A DNA stretch of 64,000 bases from Tubulanus polymorphus (GCF_964204645.1 NC_134026.1:27748150-27812149), one strand, 5' to 3'; counted from the first letter of the stretch, positions 1 to 12,812 are shown. Translations and numbers: made by a program. Notes: generated by a model not told the origin, from the sequence alone.

Positions 1-748
1 AGTCATTAGGTCGTTAATATTATGGCACATTGAGACCATAAACTTTGATTAAAGACGTGAAACAAAAGGGATAAAACAAAATTAAGACTAGTCTGGCAGG
101 GAAACCTACACTGTAAAATATAATACATACTACATACATGTATGAGCTATTAAAATGTTTTTATACTGCAACTGGAAAGAGATTCAAGATAAAGAGAGTT
201 TTTTTTGGAAGGTCTTCTAAATCTCTTCAAAATTGGCACTAGAAAACTCATCACCGTCATTTAGTATATTTGTTTAATACCCGGTATTCAACTTCTATAC
301 AAACAATATTTACATTATTTACATATTTCCTTTTTAGAACATGAATGTTAAGGCCTACTATAGAGTACAACCATGTTACATACAATATAAATCATACACT
401 AATATACCTGGTATATCAATTTTAAACCTGCTTATCAATTCCAAGGTAACTCCATGAACGTGTCATGGAACGTCTGCAATATCTATCAAATTTTTAAATC
501 ATTCTTATGATTATTCAATCTTGCAAATAAAACAAATTTTAAGACATTATTTTATGACTACGCAAAAAAGAAAATATAGACCATGGCTATAAATGCATGT
601 CCTTACTTAAAACTAAATTTGTAGCAACTAATGAATGAAGATGTTAACAACACAACACAACTACATGCTGGGGTAAAAAAATGTATGAAATTCAACCGAA
701 TGAAAATGGTCATAAAGCTCCTTGTAATGTCAGGTCATCTAAAGCTTT

Positions 749-3404
749 TCACAAGTGATATTTTAAAAATTCTTTAAGTCTCATTGGCAAATGAATATGA
801 TCAACACTTGGTGTAGGTAGAATACGTCGAACAGCCATACGACATAAATGCTGCAAACTTTCAACTTCCATAGGTGCTGCCCAGAAAGAAACTGCACCAT
901 TACGAGTACTGAAATGGAGGTTATCAGTAGAGTTATAAGTGTTAATTTTGGCTGTTAGAAGATATAATTTCACAATCAGCATTCCTAAAACGTTATCAAA
1001 AGCCCAACAATCACGTTACATTAACCCAGACTATCTAAAGGTCATATAATTGACTAGTTTTTATTTCTTGGTACAGATAAACTTTTTTTGAATGCTTATA
1101 GGTAATAACAAAAAAACATTTAACGATACATACCCAACAGCTAACACAGTACCATCTGGAGAATATGAACAGCATAAAGCATCTGGCACTACAGTTATTT
1201 GTTCAGGAGGACCCTCACCATCTAGAATTCTCCAGAAACGCACATATCTGAAAATTGATATATTCAGTTTAACAGAAACTGACCGAAGTTACGAATAATT
1301 TAACAATTTTCAAACTAAATCTGAATCTTACCGATCATCAGCAACTGAGGCGACATGCATGCCATCGTGTGAGAATGAGACACTACGCACGTATGTATCA
1401 TTAGCACCACCAGCAAATATAAATGTTGGGGGAGGGAATAAATGTCTGAAAATATGCAAGTAATATTCAAGTATAGATACTGTCTGTAAGTCGAAATGCA
1501 GTTGAAATCCATTTCTTTCTGGTTTAGACGCCGATCAAACTGCCATTATTGATATTAGCTTTAAAACAGCACGAATGGGAGTAATTTGTATTGGAGTATA
1601 TATATATATATATATACATATACCTTAATTCCTGAATCTTTTCACCGGTATGAGCATCCCAGATCAGAACTCTCGTATCGTATGAAGCAGTTACGAGTAG
1701 AGCGCCATCTGGTGAAAAATCACAGCTCACAACATCGTGGTAATGTCCTTCTAATTTGTGGATACATTTATAGGTTTTCATGTCCCAAACAATCACCTAA
1801 TAATAGTGATGAGATCATGTTTATAATAACGACCTATGAAAAGCTACCCATGGATTTGCCATACCACAAAAATTAAAAAGCTTACCGATTTCTGGTTTCC
1901 AACACAAGCTAAACGCTTGGCATCGGGTGACCATACACAGGAGTAGACCCATTTAGCATTGCCTCGTAAAGTTTTCTTCATATTGCCATCATCTACAATA
2001 TCCCACACTTTAACTGTACCATCTCGACTTGCTGATACCAACTGCAGCAAACCGTCGGGCGAGAACTTAAGATCGCGTACTACATCTTTATGATCGAGAA
2101 GTTCAAACATTAAACGACCTGAAATTTAATCGCAATACTACACATTCATTGTTAAGGATTGAAAAAGTTTTTACCACATTTCAGACACGATATCTACCTG
2201 AACTGACTTCCCAAACACGGATACGACCACTGTTTAATCCCGTAGCCAGTAACAGATCAGCTGCATGGTTATAATGTCGCATACTGAGATTCACTGAATG
2301 AGGCTGTGTCTCAGCAGATGATGAACCAAACGCGACTGACCATATCAATTCACCCGCATCAATAGTAACCGCATGACGTTTGACGTGACGTCCAAATCCA
2401 ATACCTTCTCGGTTAGTCGTATATCCGCGGATAGCGAAGTGGTCATTTTCCTGTTCATAGTCATTTTCATCTGATGGATCATTTCTAAAATAGAAAGGAT
2501 TATTGTGAAACATCCACGTGGCATATCTTTTATCTATAAAAAGTAAATATACTGTAAAAAAAATTTGATATCAGAGTACACTTCTATTTGCTTAAATCGA
2601 ACTGTCTATGTATGTCATATATATGCTTATAGCTAGTATCATTAATTCCATTCTGTTAAAAACTGACCAACTATGATTATGCTTGCCCATTTGTAAAAAA
2701 GTGAATTCAGCAATTCAAAAAGTAGGTCAGACAGTTGTCTCATAAAAAAACTAAATTAAACTAGTGTATTCGCTCTTATTTAGATTCTAGAAGAAAGACT
2801 CTTTGCAAGAACTTTAAGTTTTACTTAGATTTAACTTACAAATTGACTTCATTCCTAACACGATTCCATGGAATGATCTTGACAATTCTGTTACCACATG
2901 ACCAGGCAAAGCAGGAACTATCAGGGGCCCAAGCCGTCGACCATGTTTCTCCACCAGCTTTCTGCGCAAATGGATTGTTCGTTAGAAGTAACTCGGTGAT
3001 CAGCTCAGCTGGATCTGAATCAAATTTATAATAGCCAAGCATAATTATTGCAGCGCCAGTAATTGAAGACAACTGTATATGAATTAAATCCCTCTTTGTC
3101 AAATGACTGAAGTGGACTGATATACATGTATCAAGAAGGTCTATCTATTCAGCACATGACACTAACTTTAAGCCTTAAAGATTGATGATAAAATGTTGAT
3201 ATGATACAAAATTCAGGTTGATTATGTCGGTCAAAATACTAGTGGTTTTGAAAGTAAGTTTTCAACAAACAAACCAGTAAACAGAGATAACGGTTTAATT
3301 AATATCAAATCTATGAAAGGTAGGCCTCAATAAAAACTCGCTGAATGCTGGCTTATAGTATACTTACCAATATCACTTGCATTAGCATTATAGAAACTTG
3401 CCAT
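749..3404 (-). CDS. WSB1: WD repeat and SOCS box-containing protein (WSB1-like), 8 coding exons, ~430 aa
   Basis: Exons 3404-3368, 3014-2840, 2484-2198, 2118-1886, 1796-1624, 1445-1332, 1247-1134, 908-749 have GT-AG boundaries and sum to 1293 nt (in frame). N-terminus MASFY; ETWSTAWAPDSSCFAWSCG; WD40 repeats (HKDVVRDLKFSPDG, GHYHDVVSCDFSPDG); C-terminal SOCS box SLQHLCRMAVRR...LPMRLKEFL. Confidence 0.93.
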
Positions 3405-3851
3405 ACCAATAACAGCAATCTGACGCTTTGCCTGAGCTAAAGGCCCCAACTCTTCAGCGCTATATTTTTCTCTTTAGACTAAAATAGAAAATTACGAATG
3501 CAACTTACAGTGGTAAAAACTAAATTACATGAGATGGTATCACTAAATTTGCACAATGTGAAAGTAGTTGCTATGGATCTGGATGCCAGTATCTATCAAT
3601 CAGACTGGATAAGACTTGACACATTTACATCAGTGACAGATCTACACTTTTAGGACTAAGCTTTGCGACCCCTCTGCCAACATACATACTGTATAGTAGG
3701 CTAAATAACATTAACAGGAATAATCTTTTCTAAATTTTTCAAGTGGATCACTATTCACTGTTGTCTGTGTACTATGTAATAGATATAGAGGTGTGCTGGA
3801 CAAGTGCCAAAAAGCCCAAAAACCAAACACGGACTAACCCACACGCACACA

Positions 3852-4042
3852 GGGACTTGTCACAATTGATAGTGAATGAATATAACCAGTATCAATGACC
3901 AACCCCAGTATCCCTGTATAGTAAAAAAATACAGGGATGCAGTTTTTTTGTTATACTACAGGGATACTGGGGTTGGTCATTGGATACTGCTGGTTTTATA
4001 TTCTCATTCACGACACTACACTATCAATTGTGACAAGAACCC
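3852..4042. mobile_element. Foldback MITE, possibly PIF/Harbinger-like
   Basis: GGGACTTGTCACAATTGATAGTG at 3852 is inverted at 4019-4042. There is an inner inverted pair (ATGACCAACCCCAGTATCCCTGTA / TACAGGGATACTGGGGTTGGTCAT). ACA flanks both ends (3849-3851, 4043-4045). Confidence 0.7.
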
Positions 4043-4089
4043 ACACCACGTCGACCGACAGAATAAGGACCTTTATCTTCGCTATATTT

Positions 4090-4337
4090 ACCTCAATCTT
4101 CGGTACAATATGGAGAGTCCGATATTTCTACTAAGTCCACAGAATAACCACTTGATTTCCCAGATAAAACGTATCAAATTTCCTACGGTTTATCACGTAG
4201 CGAGAAAGCCTAAAATGACGTCACTATTATGGGAATCCTCTTTTGCGAGTTGATCCAAATTCTCGGAGCCGCCCTTTATCAACCAAGGAGCCATCCTTTC
4301 CTCAGTATATTGAATTGAATTGAATAGAGCAGAAAAT
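4090..4337. promoter_or_regulatory. Putative bidirectional promoter between WSB1 and eIF2D
   Basis: Divergent start codons lie <1 kb apart. CRE palindrome TGACGTCA at 4216-4223; CACGTA at 4194-4199; a minus-strand splice donor (TTACC on +) near 4090 suggests a WSB1 5'UTR exon. Confidence 0.5.
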
Positions 4338-7300
4338 ATGTTTACAAAACCTTTTAAAATCAAGACACAAACTGCCATACGTGGTTCAGACAGGTGAGGA
4401 AAGGATTAAGATTTTGTTATTCTCTAGATCATCCTGGAAAAATTGGCATTTTAGATAAATGGAACCCCCAAAAAATAGAAAATACCCGAAATACCAATCA
4501 ATTCAAATTCAATTTAAGTATATTGTACCTACTAATTGACTTGATTGAAGGAAAAAGTTGCGAAATGATGTGGCGAAGTTTTTCTCTGGAATACCGAGTG
4601 ATATAGTACCAGGAAATAAAGAAGAGATGACCATCATGAAAATCTATACGCATGCAGGGGAAAATGTCACTGTTTATTGCTTACATCGAAATCCAATCTT
4701 TTTTGAAACAAAAGATCACCTTTATCCTACAGGTAGGCCGAGAAGAAACAATGCTTTTTTGAACTATATCTAATTCATCTAGAATTCTGTTTGAAGATTA
4801 TTCTTTTTAGTCTTTTTACTGTGAAATATATTAGCTGAAATCTTTTTAGTTTATACAATGTGGAAATATCCAGGCATTTTACCAGTTTTTACAACTTGGC
4901 CGCCAGTCATAAAGAAGCTACAAGCAGGCGCAGGTAAGAATTATTGATTTAGTTAATTTGATTATTCAGAATGATTTCATTCAATTGAAATGTGATGAAA
5001 TAATTCTGCTTTTGAATTCTATATGTAATGAAGTCAGCTTGTTATGAATATTTTCTTTAATAGATTTAATGTTGCCGGGTGTGATAATAAAAGGAGCCAG
5101 AGATGCTAATTGCTTAGGAAAGATTGACAAAGGACAATTGTATGCTGTAAATTTAGCTGATAATAGGTATGTGTCGTTTAACCAGGTAAATTCCTATGTC
5201 ATGAATTTCTAGCTTTATATAGTTTTCTTCGCTCTTCTCATTATTCAGGGCTCCGATTGGTGTTGGTCTAACTGCCATGTCCAGTGAAGATATGTATATG
5301 TCGGCAATGAAAGGAAAAGGCGTTCTTATGGCGCATGTGTATAAAGATTATTTATGGTAAGATTATTGGAGTACTAAGTTATTCTTTCACTGCTCAAGTA
5401 AAATGATTTGATTTTTTATCTGACAGGGCTTTAGGGGATAAATCAGAACCTCCTGATATGGGAATTAGTGATGTGATAGTTGGCGACCTAAACCTTGAAG
5501 ATGATGACAATTTAGCTGTGGAAACTGTCAATGATCCTCTATCGATGTACGAAAATGGCCAAATACTCACTGACGTAACTGATGATCACTCACAAAATAC
5601 TGATAATATGGTGGGTAATCTGGCTGCTGCAGTTGATGAGATTGAAGTGAAAAATCATTTGTGTGTGAGCGAGCTACAAACTCAGCCAAACGGAGATGGT
5701 AGTTTAGAAAATCTTGAAGATATCACTGCAAGGGAGAATGAGGAAGAAATAAGTATTGATCCACAAGGTCAGAGAAGTTAAAAGGTTAACAAAAAGGTAT
5801 TTGTTAATCTCATCTAGTCATCGTCACATTGTATATTTTCAGTTGAAATGGATAATTTACTGTACCAGTGTTTGCTTCATGCCATCAAAGAGAAAATTAA
5901 TATCAAAAGGGGAGATCTTCCAATTTTGATGAGCACCTTTTCTAGTCAACATATGAAATCTTGCTGGTATGTTTCTATGAGTAATGTTTGACATAAGGAT
6001 CTTAAGAATTATTCACCGTGTTGATTCATGGTTATATTGATTTGTATTTTTAAGTCCAGCAGGAAAAACGCTTGATATAAAGAAATCTAGTTATAAAAAG
6101 GTAAAACAAATTTGACAGACAAACATATTGGAAATGAAATTTATGAAAAATATGACATTTCAAATTGGGAAATATCATATTCAGTGATAATTGGTTGATT
6201 CAATTTCAGTTCTCTAAATTCATGCATGAAATGCAAAAGAAGGATCTAATCCTCGTAAAAGAATTATCAAAAGGTGTAGAAAGTATTATTGATGTCAATA
6301 AGTTACATCCTGAGTAAGTTTGTTCAATGTTTCCATACATCTACCAGTATTGACTATATTTGCAAGTATTATACTGTGGAGTGTTTTTCAGTGTAAGAAG
6401 TTTCGTCATTCCTGATATTCCTGAATCTGTTGAAGAAGAACCAGATGAAGAGTCATATTCTCCACCGGAAATAGTCGAGATGTTTTCCGTCAATGGTGCT
6501 ACTCTTCCTTTCTTTAAAAATATGGGTTTCCAGTAAGTATTAGGGTATGCGTTCATTCTAGTTCATACTGTATAGAAACCTATAAAACTAATGAATGATA
6601 ATATTGTAGGAAAGGTTTGTCATTGTCAGCTAGTGAAATACGAAAAACAGTCACTGATTATGTGAAATCAAATGAGTTACAAGATCAGAATAATCGCAGG
6701 TTGGTTCATCAATGTTTATTGCTGGTTATTTTATCTACGGTAAACTGATTTATACTGAATAAGTATTTTGACCTTTATAGTCAGGTTATTCTTGATGGCG
6801 TTTTATCGGATTTGGTGCTATATAGGGGGGAACAGGTGTCTCATGTGAAATGGGATGATCTCTTTCATAGGTAAGTAACTGTGTTGCAAGTTAATGTAAT
6901 GAAGGTGTTTTAACTTTGCTCGCTACACAGACTCTCTTCTTTCAGACTCTCGTCAAAAATGGGTCCGATGCATTTAATAACCTTCCCTGGACAGAAACCT
7001 CAACTACATAAAGGCAAACCAGAACCTGTTAAAGCGTCGATCTCTCAAAGAGGAGGAAATAAGAAAGTCTCTTTGATAGAAAACTTGGAACCATATGGTA
7101 TCGACCCACAAAAGTTTGCTCATGACATACAGATCAGTTTAGCTTGTAGTACATCCGTGAGTCCATTACCAGGGAAAAATAGAGGTCAACAGGTTCTTAT
7201 ACAAGGAAATCAGTTAGCTCATATCTTACAACTTCTCAAAGGTATTCATCATTCTATTATCAAATGAAATTAAAGGTGAAGTATATGTACGGTATTCATT

Positions 7301-7398
7301 ATATAGAATTTTGAACTTTTTCAGGCAAATATCAACTGAAGGACAAGTATCTCTCTGGGTTTGAAAAAGCAATAAAACCAAAGAAAGGAGCAAGATGA
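4338..7398 (+). CDS. EIF2D: Eukaryotic translation initiation factor 2D (ligatin), multi-exon
   Basis: First exon MFTKPFKIKTQTAIRGSDR then RKKLRND; PUA-region GADLMLPGV; DIKKSSYKK; SWIB-like SEIRKTVTDYVKSNEL; SUI1 domain RGGNKKVSLIENLEPYGID...QVLIQGNQ; last exon ends GFEKAIKPKKGAR-TGA (7396-7398); short GT-AG introns. Confidence 0.93.
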
Positions 7399-7749
7399 TT
7401 TCTTGCACCGTATGGGAAATTTATATAAATAAAATGGTGTTAAGTTTGATTCAATATTGCTTTCATTTGTTATCTATTAGTGTTCCATGAATACATTCAC
7501 CCAACACAAAGATAATTTTTCCTCGGGTACCCTAGTGATTTGGATGAAGTCTCTTTAAAATCACACGTCGTGGTGGTTTGAGGATTTCCTCGGAATCCGG
7601 ACAATACTTTAGTCTACAGTGGCCATTCAAAGACTTTGGCAAGCGATCATGAGCAGTTACTATATCTATCGTGGGCGGCAATCACTATAAAGTGCCACTG
7701 CTTTCTCTGGACTAGATTTCCTGGAAAATGCTTACCTACCACAAACCAT

Positions 7750-7921
7750 GCAGTTGGCCAAAACCTGGTTAAAACGAACATCATGGAGAACAAATGTTTG
7801 TTATAACCGACAGTTCATTATCCAGTATTGAAATTATCCCTTTTGGAACGATATTCTTGGTTTGTAATAAATAACCAATAGATTGTTATACCCGAGGTCG
7901 TTATAACGAGGTTCAGCTGTA
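7750..7921. mobile_element. Degenerate Tc1/mariner (pogo/Tigger-like) MITE remnant
   Basis: Right end GTTATAACGAGGTTCAGCTG-TA (reverse complement TA-CAGCTGAACCTCGTTATAAC). Left end is degraded. Resembles the element at 60335. Confidence 0.45.
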
Positions 7922-8580
7922 CCCAATTTCGATAATGAAAGGAGTGGAAGAATTGCGTTTATCTCATCTTGACAATGGCATCCTCTGAAACGGATCTCAT
8001 CCGGTATCTGTTATTCATGTAGTGAACTGGATCCATAGTTCCACTTTCTCAAGACGTGCGATCATTTACTGGGAATTTCTCATTTGATTCATTGAAAAAT
8101 TAAGAGGTTTCTTTAAATATTTAACTTTTGATTTTATTTTAACAAAATTTACACGCATACAGAATCCTATTAAATTCAAGTGCATCACTTCGCAGTGAGA
8201 AAACCTGACACTCAGTAAGGAATGTATATACCTGTATTTCAACAACTACCGTATCGTCAAACTGACTGTGTAATTGTACATGTACTGCACGTTTGTATAC
8301 ATAGTAAAAACACTATATACCGTTACGTACATTCAGAAAATAATGATTGGTTTATGTTCGAACCTCATAAAAACTTGGTTAGAATTATGAATTATGAGCG
8401 CTACAACAGTTACAGTCTGAACATGAACCATGCTTCGATATAACATAAAACAATTTACAATTTGATTTTTATATAATATTGATTAATTGTAGACCAATAT
8501 GAGTGGATACTTGAGAAAATTGTGGACGCTATTTTTTGAGATACCTAGTGAGAGATTAACTTGAAAAACCGAGAACAAAA

Positions 8581-11034
8581 TCATTTGGAATTCAAACTCC
8601 AGTCATAGTGCAAGTATGAGATTTTGTAATTCTTTTTGTTGATCAGTTCTTGTAATTGTAATTTCTTATCGCCAGTGCTCATATGAAAACATATCCACTC
8701 AAGCATCTGAAAATACAAGTCATATGAACTAGTGATAGTTTTTCGGAAACCGACTCAAATCTTTAACTATCAATTACATTAACTCTATCTACCTCTTCAT
8801 CATTTTGGCCGAAGTCTATCTTATACCAATTGAAAATCTTGGAGAGATTCACCTTGCTTTTAGATATATCTATGCTGACGCCTTCATCTCCTTCAAGAAA
8901 TGCTTCAGTAGCAAGTTGCAACTCATTGTCAACATCCTTGAAATGCCATTAGATATTAGAACAGAATGTATTATTAAACAACTGATCCAGGGCTATTTCA
9001 CAGAAAGACAACATTTTAGTGTTACAGTTTCCTAGTAATGTGAGAAATCCCACTATAACGAAGCCAAGATTGAAAAATTCTATATCAGAATGATTATATT
9101 TGAGGAGCGACGTTTCGGCTAACAACTGTTAGCCATCATCAGGTGTACTGACGCCAGATTTCTCTCGTTATCATCATACACGGATATTGTGTATCTTCTC
9201 GTCTTTTCCTAAGAACGTGTTATCATTACGAATGAAACTTCAAGTTGTACTGAGAATTCGACCTCTGGTAATTATAGCATTTGCACACCGTTTTACTCAC
9301 TTGAGTTGAATAGGTTTTAATAGGAGGACAGCTCTTGGCTCCACAGACAAGTGCAAAGTGTATTTTTGGATCTGCCTTATCAAGAGCTATATTCAAGCGT
9401 GGATCATTTTGACCAAATGGCTTTGAAATCATACCTAAAATAGAAAAACAGTGTCATGAATATTTTGCCAAAAAGGTACATGTAATTTTAAAGCAAGTAA
9501 TGCATTTTTCTATTAGAAAATTGTCTTACCCATTCCTTTACGATTGCCTCTCAGAACACCATTTTCAATAGCCTGTAGTGAATATTCACTGCCACCTATC
9601 ATATACTTCACAGTGTTGAAAAACTATAAAACCAGCATTATAGTATAAATATGTTTCTCTGAAGATGGCAGTTGTTGATAAATTTGAACTGAAAACTGTA
9701 CCTTCCATCTTTGCCAGAGATTTACTGGAGGACCTTTCACCACAGTAGCATGAATTACAAGTGCATTGTAGACATTAATGAAAAATGCCAGTGTTTCCTC
9801 TCGACTCAAACTGTTCATGTTTAATCGCTGTAACTCTTGTGTAAGACGCACATATTTTTGAAATTCGGGACTTTTACCAATTCCTTTATAGTCCACTGTC
9901 TAAAATTGAATACATGTATCATGAAACGTAATAAGTAATACTTAATCGAATTAAGAGTTTTTGTTAAACTTTACCTTGCCATCTTTAGAAAGATGCTTGG
10001 AATAGATTAGCAATATCAACTTCCTCAAATTTTCACTTAATTCACCAGCTGTAGGAAAAGAGCAGAATGCAGAGTTATTATTTCTATTTTGAGCAATCAT
10101 TCAGAGATATAAGGGAGGTTTACCTGAGCTAACCTTGCATTCAGAAACAGAACCAGAGTTAAGAGCCAATGAATCATCATCCTCCATTAGACGATAATAA
10201 ACGTCGCTGTCTTGAAAAATCTCCTCTTTATGAACATTATGACCAAAATGTCTATCAATAAGTTGCTGTCCCATTTCTATTGCTGTTACTCTCTCTACAA
10301 ATAGTAGAAAACAGCAATGATTTCAAAATCTGAAGCTTGAAAAGTGAATCACTGTTTAAGTCTCAAATATGTTACATACCCACATTTTTAGTATTGACAA
10401 CCCAATCAACAAATTTCTTCCCAGAAAATGAATTCTTATGCACAGTTAAAATACCAGACCGGTTATCTTGTATGAGACCACTTTGTTTCAGTTCCGTCAC
10501 AAGTCTTGCATATTCGTCAGGTTCACATATAAAATCACTTGGATCTAAACAAAAATAAGAATCTATTAGTTTAAGAAGCTAATGCTGAAATTATATAAAT
10601 TACATCAATATAATATACCATGAGAGGATACAGCAGTGCTAGGATCTGGTATTTGCGGAGCATCAGGTGGGACAGTATTATTCTTTACATCTTCTACTAA
10701 TTTATCAAAAGCTTTCTTTTCTTTAACCTAAAAAAGGCGTAGTACATAACAAGAACTTAATACATGTGTACTAACAGAATAAAGAATTAAAGGTGTATTA
10801 GGCCCACTATCTTACCAACTTCTGGAGGTCATCATTTCCTCCAATATATTTGGCATTGAAGAATATCTGAGGTACGGTCTTTTTGCCTGTTCTTTCAAGC
10901 ACATACTGTCTACATTGTGGAAAGATATCAAGACTTATATCAGTGTAAGGCAGAATGAATTGTTGAAGTGTATTCTTGGCTGCGATACAGTGAGGACAAC
11001 CAACTATGGAGTAAATCACAATGCGCCCCTTCAT
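8581..11034 (-). CDS. Glutaredoxin-DEP-DUF547 multidomain protein (class IV glutaredoxin architecture), multi-exon
   Basis: Grx domain MKGRIVIYSIVGCPHC...TGKKTVPQIFFNAKYIGGNDDL; DEP-like HKNSFSGKKFVDWVV and HFGHNVHKEEIFQDSDVYYRL; DUF547 LAFFINVYNALVIH, IENGVLRGNR, DPKIHFALVCGAKSCPPI, LSKIFNWY, YDWSLNSK-TGA. Confidence 0.88.
9107..9146 (-). ncRNA. Minimal hammerhead ribozyme motif (Penelope-type), degenerate stem I, in an intron of the Grx gene
   Basis: Minus strand reads CAC-CTGATGA-TGGCTAACAGTTGTTAGCC-GAAAC-GTC-GC: conserved core boxes, perfect stem II (GGCTAAC/GTTAGCC), palindromic ACGT stem III, GUC triplet. Confidence 0.65.
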
Positions 11035-11669
11035 TATCACTTCTGAAAATTAGAAAACAGAATCATATTTTTTCTGGATTAGACATAATTTTGTTTCTAT
11101 TTCAAGCATTAATTATCTCTTCAACGCAACTGAGTGACAACTCTATTGATTGCAGGGTAGGGCAGTTATTCTGTAGTAGTAGTAGACTCTCTCTAGTCTG
11201 GTCTGGCAGGCTGGCAGATCAGATCAGCAGTCAGATTAGTTAGTTACCTAATCGTTGGTGGTAAGCTTTTTATAATCGGATGGGCTTTGAAAATATCCGA
11301 TCGTGAAACTAAACCACAGACAGGTCACTGACTCTACTATTAGTCAGATCAGTTATCCTGCTATAAAAAGTTGCTAAATTCTTATCAATTGTGTTTCTTA
11401 CTTGATTGTAGCACTGGCTAGTTGTAAAACAAATCAATTAACACTGAAATACCTACTCTCAATCTCATAGTTGTGAGCGTCGCTAACAAGTTCTTTTGGG
11501 TCAATAAAAAATAATTGAATTGAAGTGCATCCGTCCGCTAGGGTTGTCATTCTTCCAAGACGAGTTTGTCGATGACGTCATATATAAATAATAACAAACA
11601 CGTGCGTACTCTCCGTACCAGTGTCGGTGATAAAGAGTACAATCGGAGAACGACTGTACATAATCCCTT

Positions 11670-11980
11670 GATTCAGAGTAGTCCTGATGCTGAATATAGG
11701 ATGTACAGGGGTATCCCGGGTTCGAATCCAGTTATTACTGATACTGGTTTAGAGTGGTCCTGACTGAGGCTGAGATGCTGGAACACAGGCCGTGTGTCTC
11801 TGGGGTTTGAACCCGGCCGAGTACTCGTGGTCCTGATGCTAAATAGAGGATGTACAGGGGTGTCCCGGGTGCGAACCCAATAATTACTGAAAGTGGTTCT
11901 GGAATGGCCCTGATGCTGAATAGAGGATATACTTTGGGGTGTCCCGGGTTCGAACCATGTGAATACTGGTTCGAAACCAT
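11670..11980. repeat. Degenerate tandem repeat with GGGTTCGAACC (B-box-like) core; dispersed family
   Basis: Repeated GTCCTGATGCTGAATAGAGGATGTACAGGGGTGTCCCGGGTTCGAACC. Related copies at ~43550-43690 (same orientation) and ~56310-56410 (inverted). Confidence 0.7.
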
Positions 11981-12490
11981 ACATATTTAAACCGTCAAGT
12001 GCTGCCCCTATACATATCGTTGACGGTGAATATATGAACTACCTTATTACTCGCGCGCCGCAGTAGGATAATTGAACTATCAGTTAGTTCACAAATTTAC
12101 CGCTTATGATACACAAGTGGCAGCACCCAACAGTAAATGACCGACTGTATGTACTGAAAAAGAAATGAATAGATTCGTAATCAAAAGTGAGAGCCATCAC
12201 AGGGTTCACTCACTCAATCACACTACCGATCACAATTTGGGGCTGCTCTTATTGGCGTTTCAAATTATACCCTCTGAAATTACATCCTTCATCTGAAATA
12301 TTTCTGTTGGTTTTAAACATGGGTCAGTGGTGCTGTAATGTTTTTTTTCCCTAAATTTATGATCCATTAAATTATTTCATCTTCAAATCAATATCACCGA
12401 GTAGGCCAACCCCTCTTCACAATCTGAAATGTAAAAAAAAGAAAAAGACTTGGGGCAAATTACCAAGTCACGTGAAATAAAAAAGCGAAA

Positions 12491-12560
12491 GCTGAGCAGG
12501 CAGGACTCGAAACTGTGGTCTCCGGTTTACCAGGCGGGAATTTTAACCACTACACTATAG
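12491..12560 (-). pseudogene. tRNA-Asp-derived pseudogene or SINE head
   Basis: Minus strand TAGTGTAGTGGTTAAAATTCCCGCCTGGTAAACCGGAGACCACAGTTTCGAGTCC resembles the eukaryotic tRNA-Asp body (TAGTATAGTGG...CCCGCCTGTCACGCGGGAGACC...GTTCGATTCC), but stems and anticodon are broken. Confidence 0.55.
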
Positions 12561-12812
12561 ATCTGTGGTAATCACTCGGGTGTGCAAGTTTGTCTGGTAT
12601 GTGATTTCGTATGTGTTCAGTTTGCTTAAAATCTATTTTCAGAATGCATCTTAAACAGTTTGTCAAACGGATTAAGTTAAACAGATAACTGGGGTAAACT
12701 GAGGACACATCAGTGTGAATATTTGCGTGGATTTGAACCAAATGGAATTTTTTTGTGGCGTTGATCAGGTTCGAATCCCATCAGAAAATGATTTTCTAAA
12801 CTTGGCGGTAAT

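Noticed and set aside
3876-4253. 125-aa ORF between WSB1 and eIF2D
   Set aside because: It runs through a palindromic MITE and the promoter and has no recognisable protein features.
11500-11525. TCAATT repeats as the Grx gene initiator
   Set aside because: On the + strand this is AATAAA followed by (TTGAA)n, as also seen at ~14168-14194, which fits a LINE 3' tail equally well; the TSS cannot be placed from sequence alone.
12491-12560. Functional tRNA gene
   Set aside because: Acceptor, anticodon and T stems do not pair properly; treated as a tRNA-derived relic.
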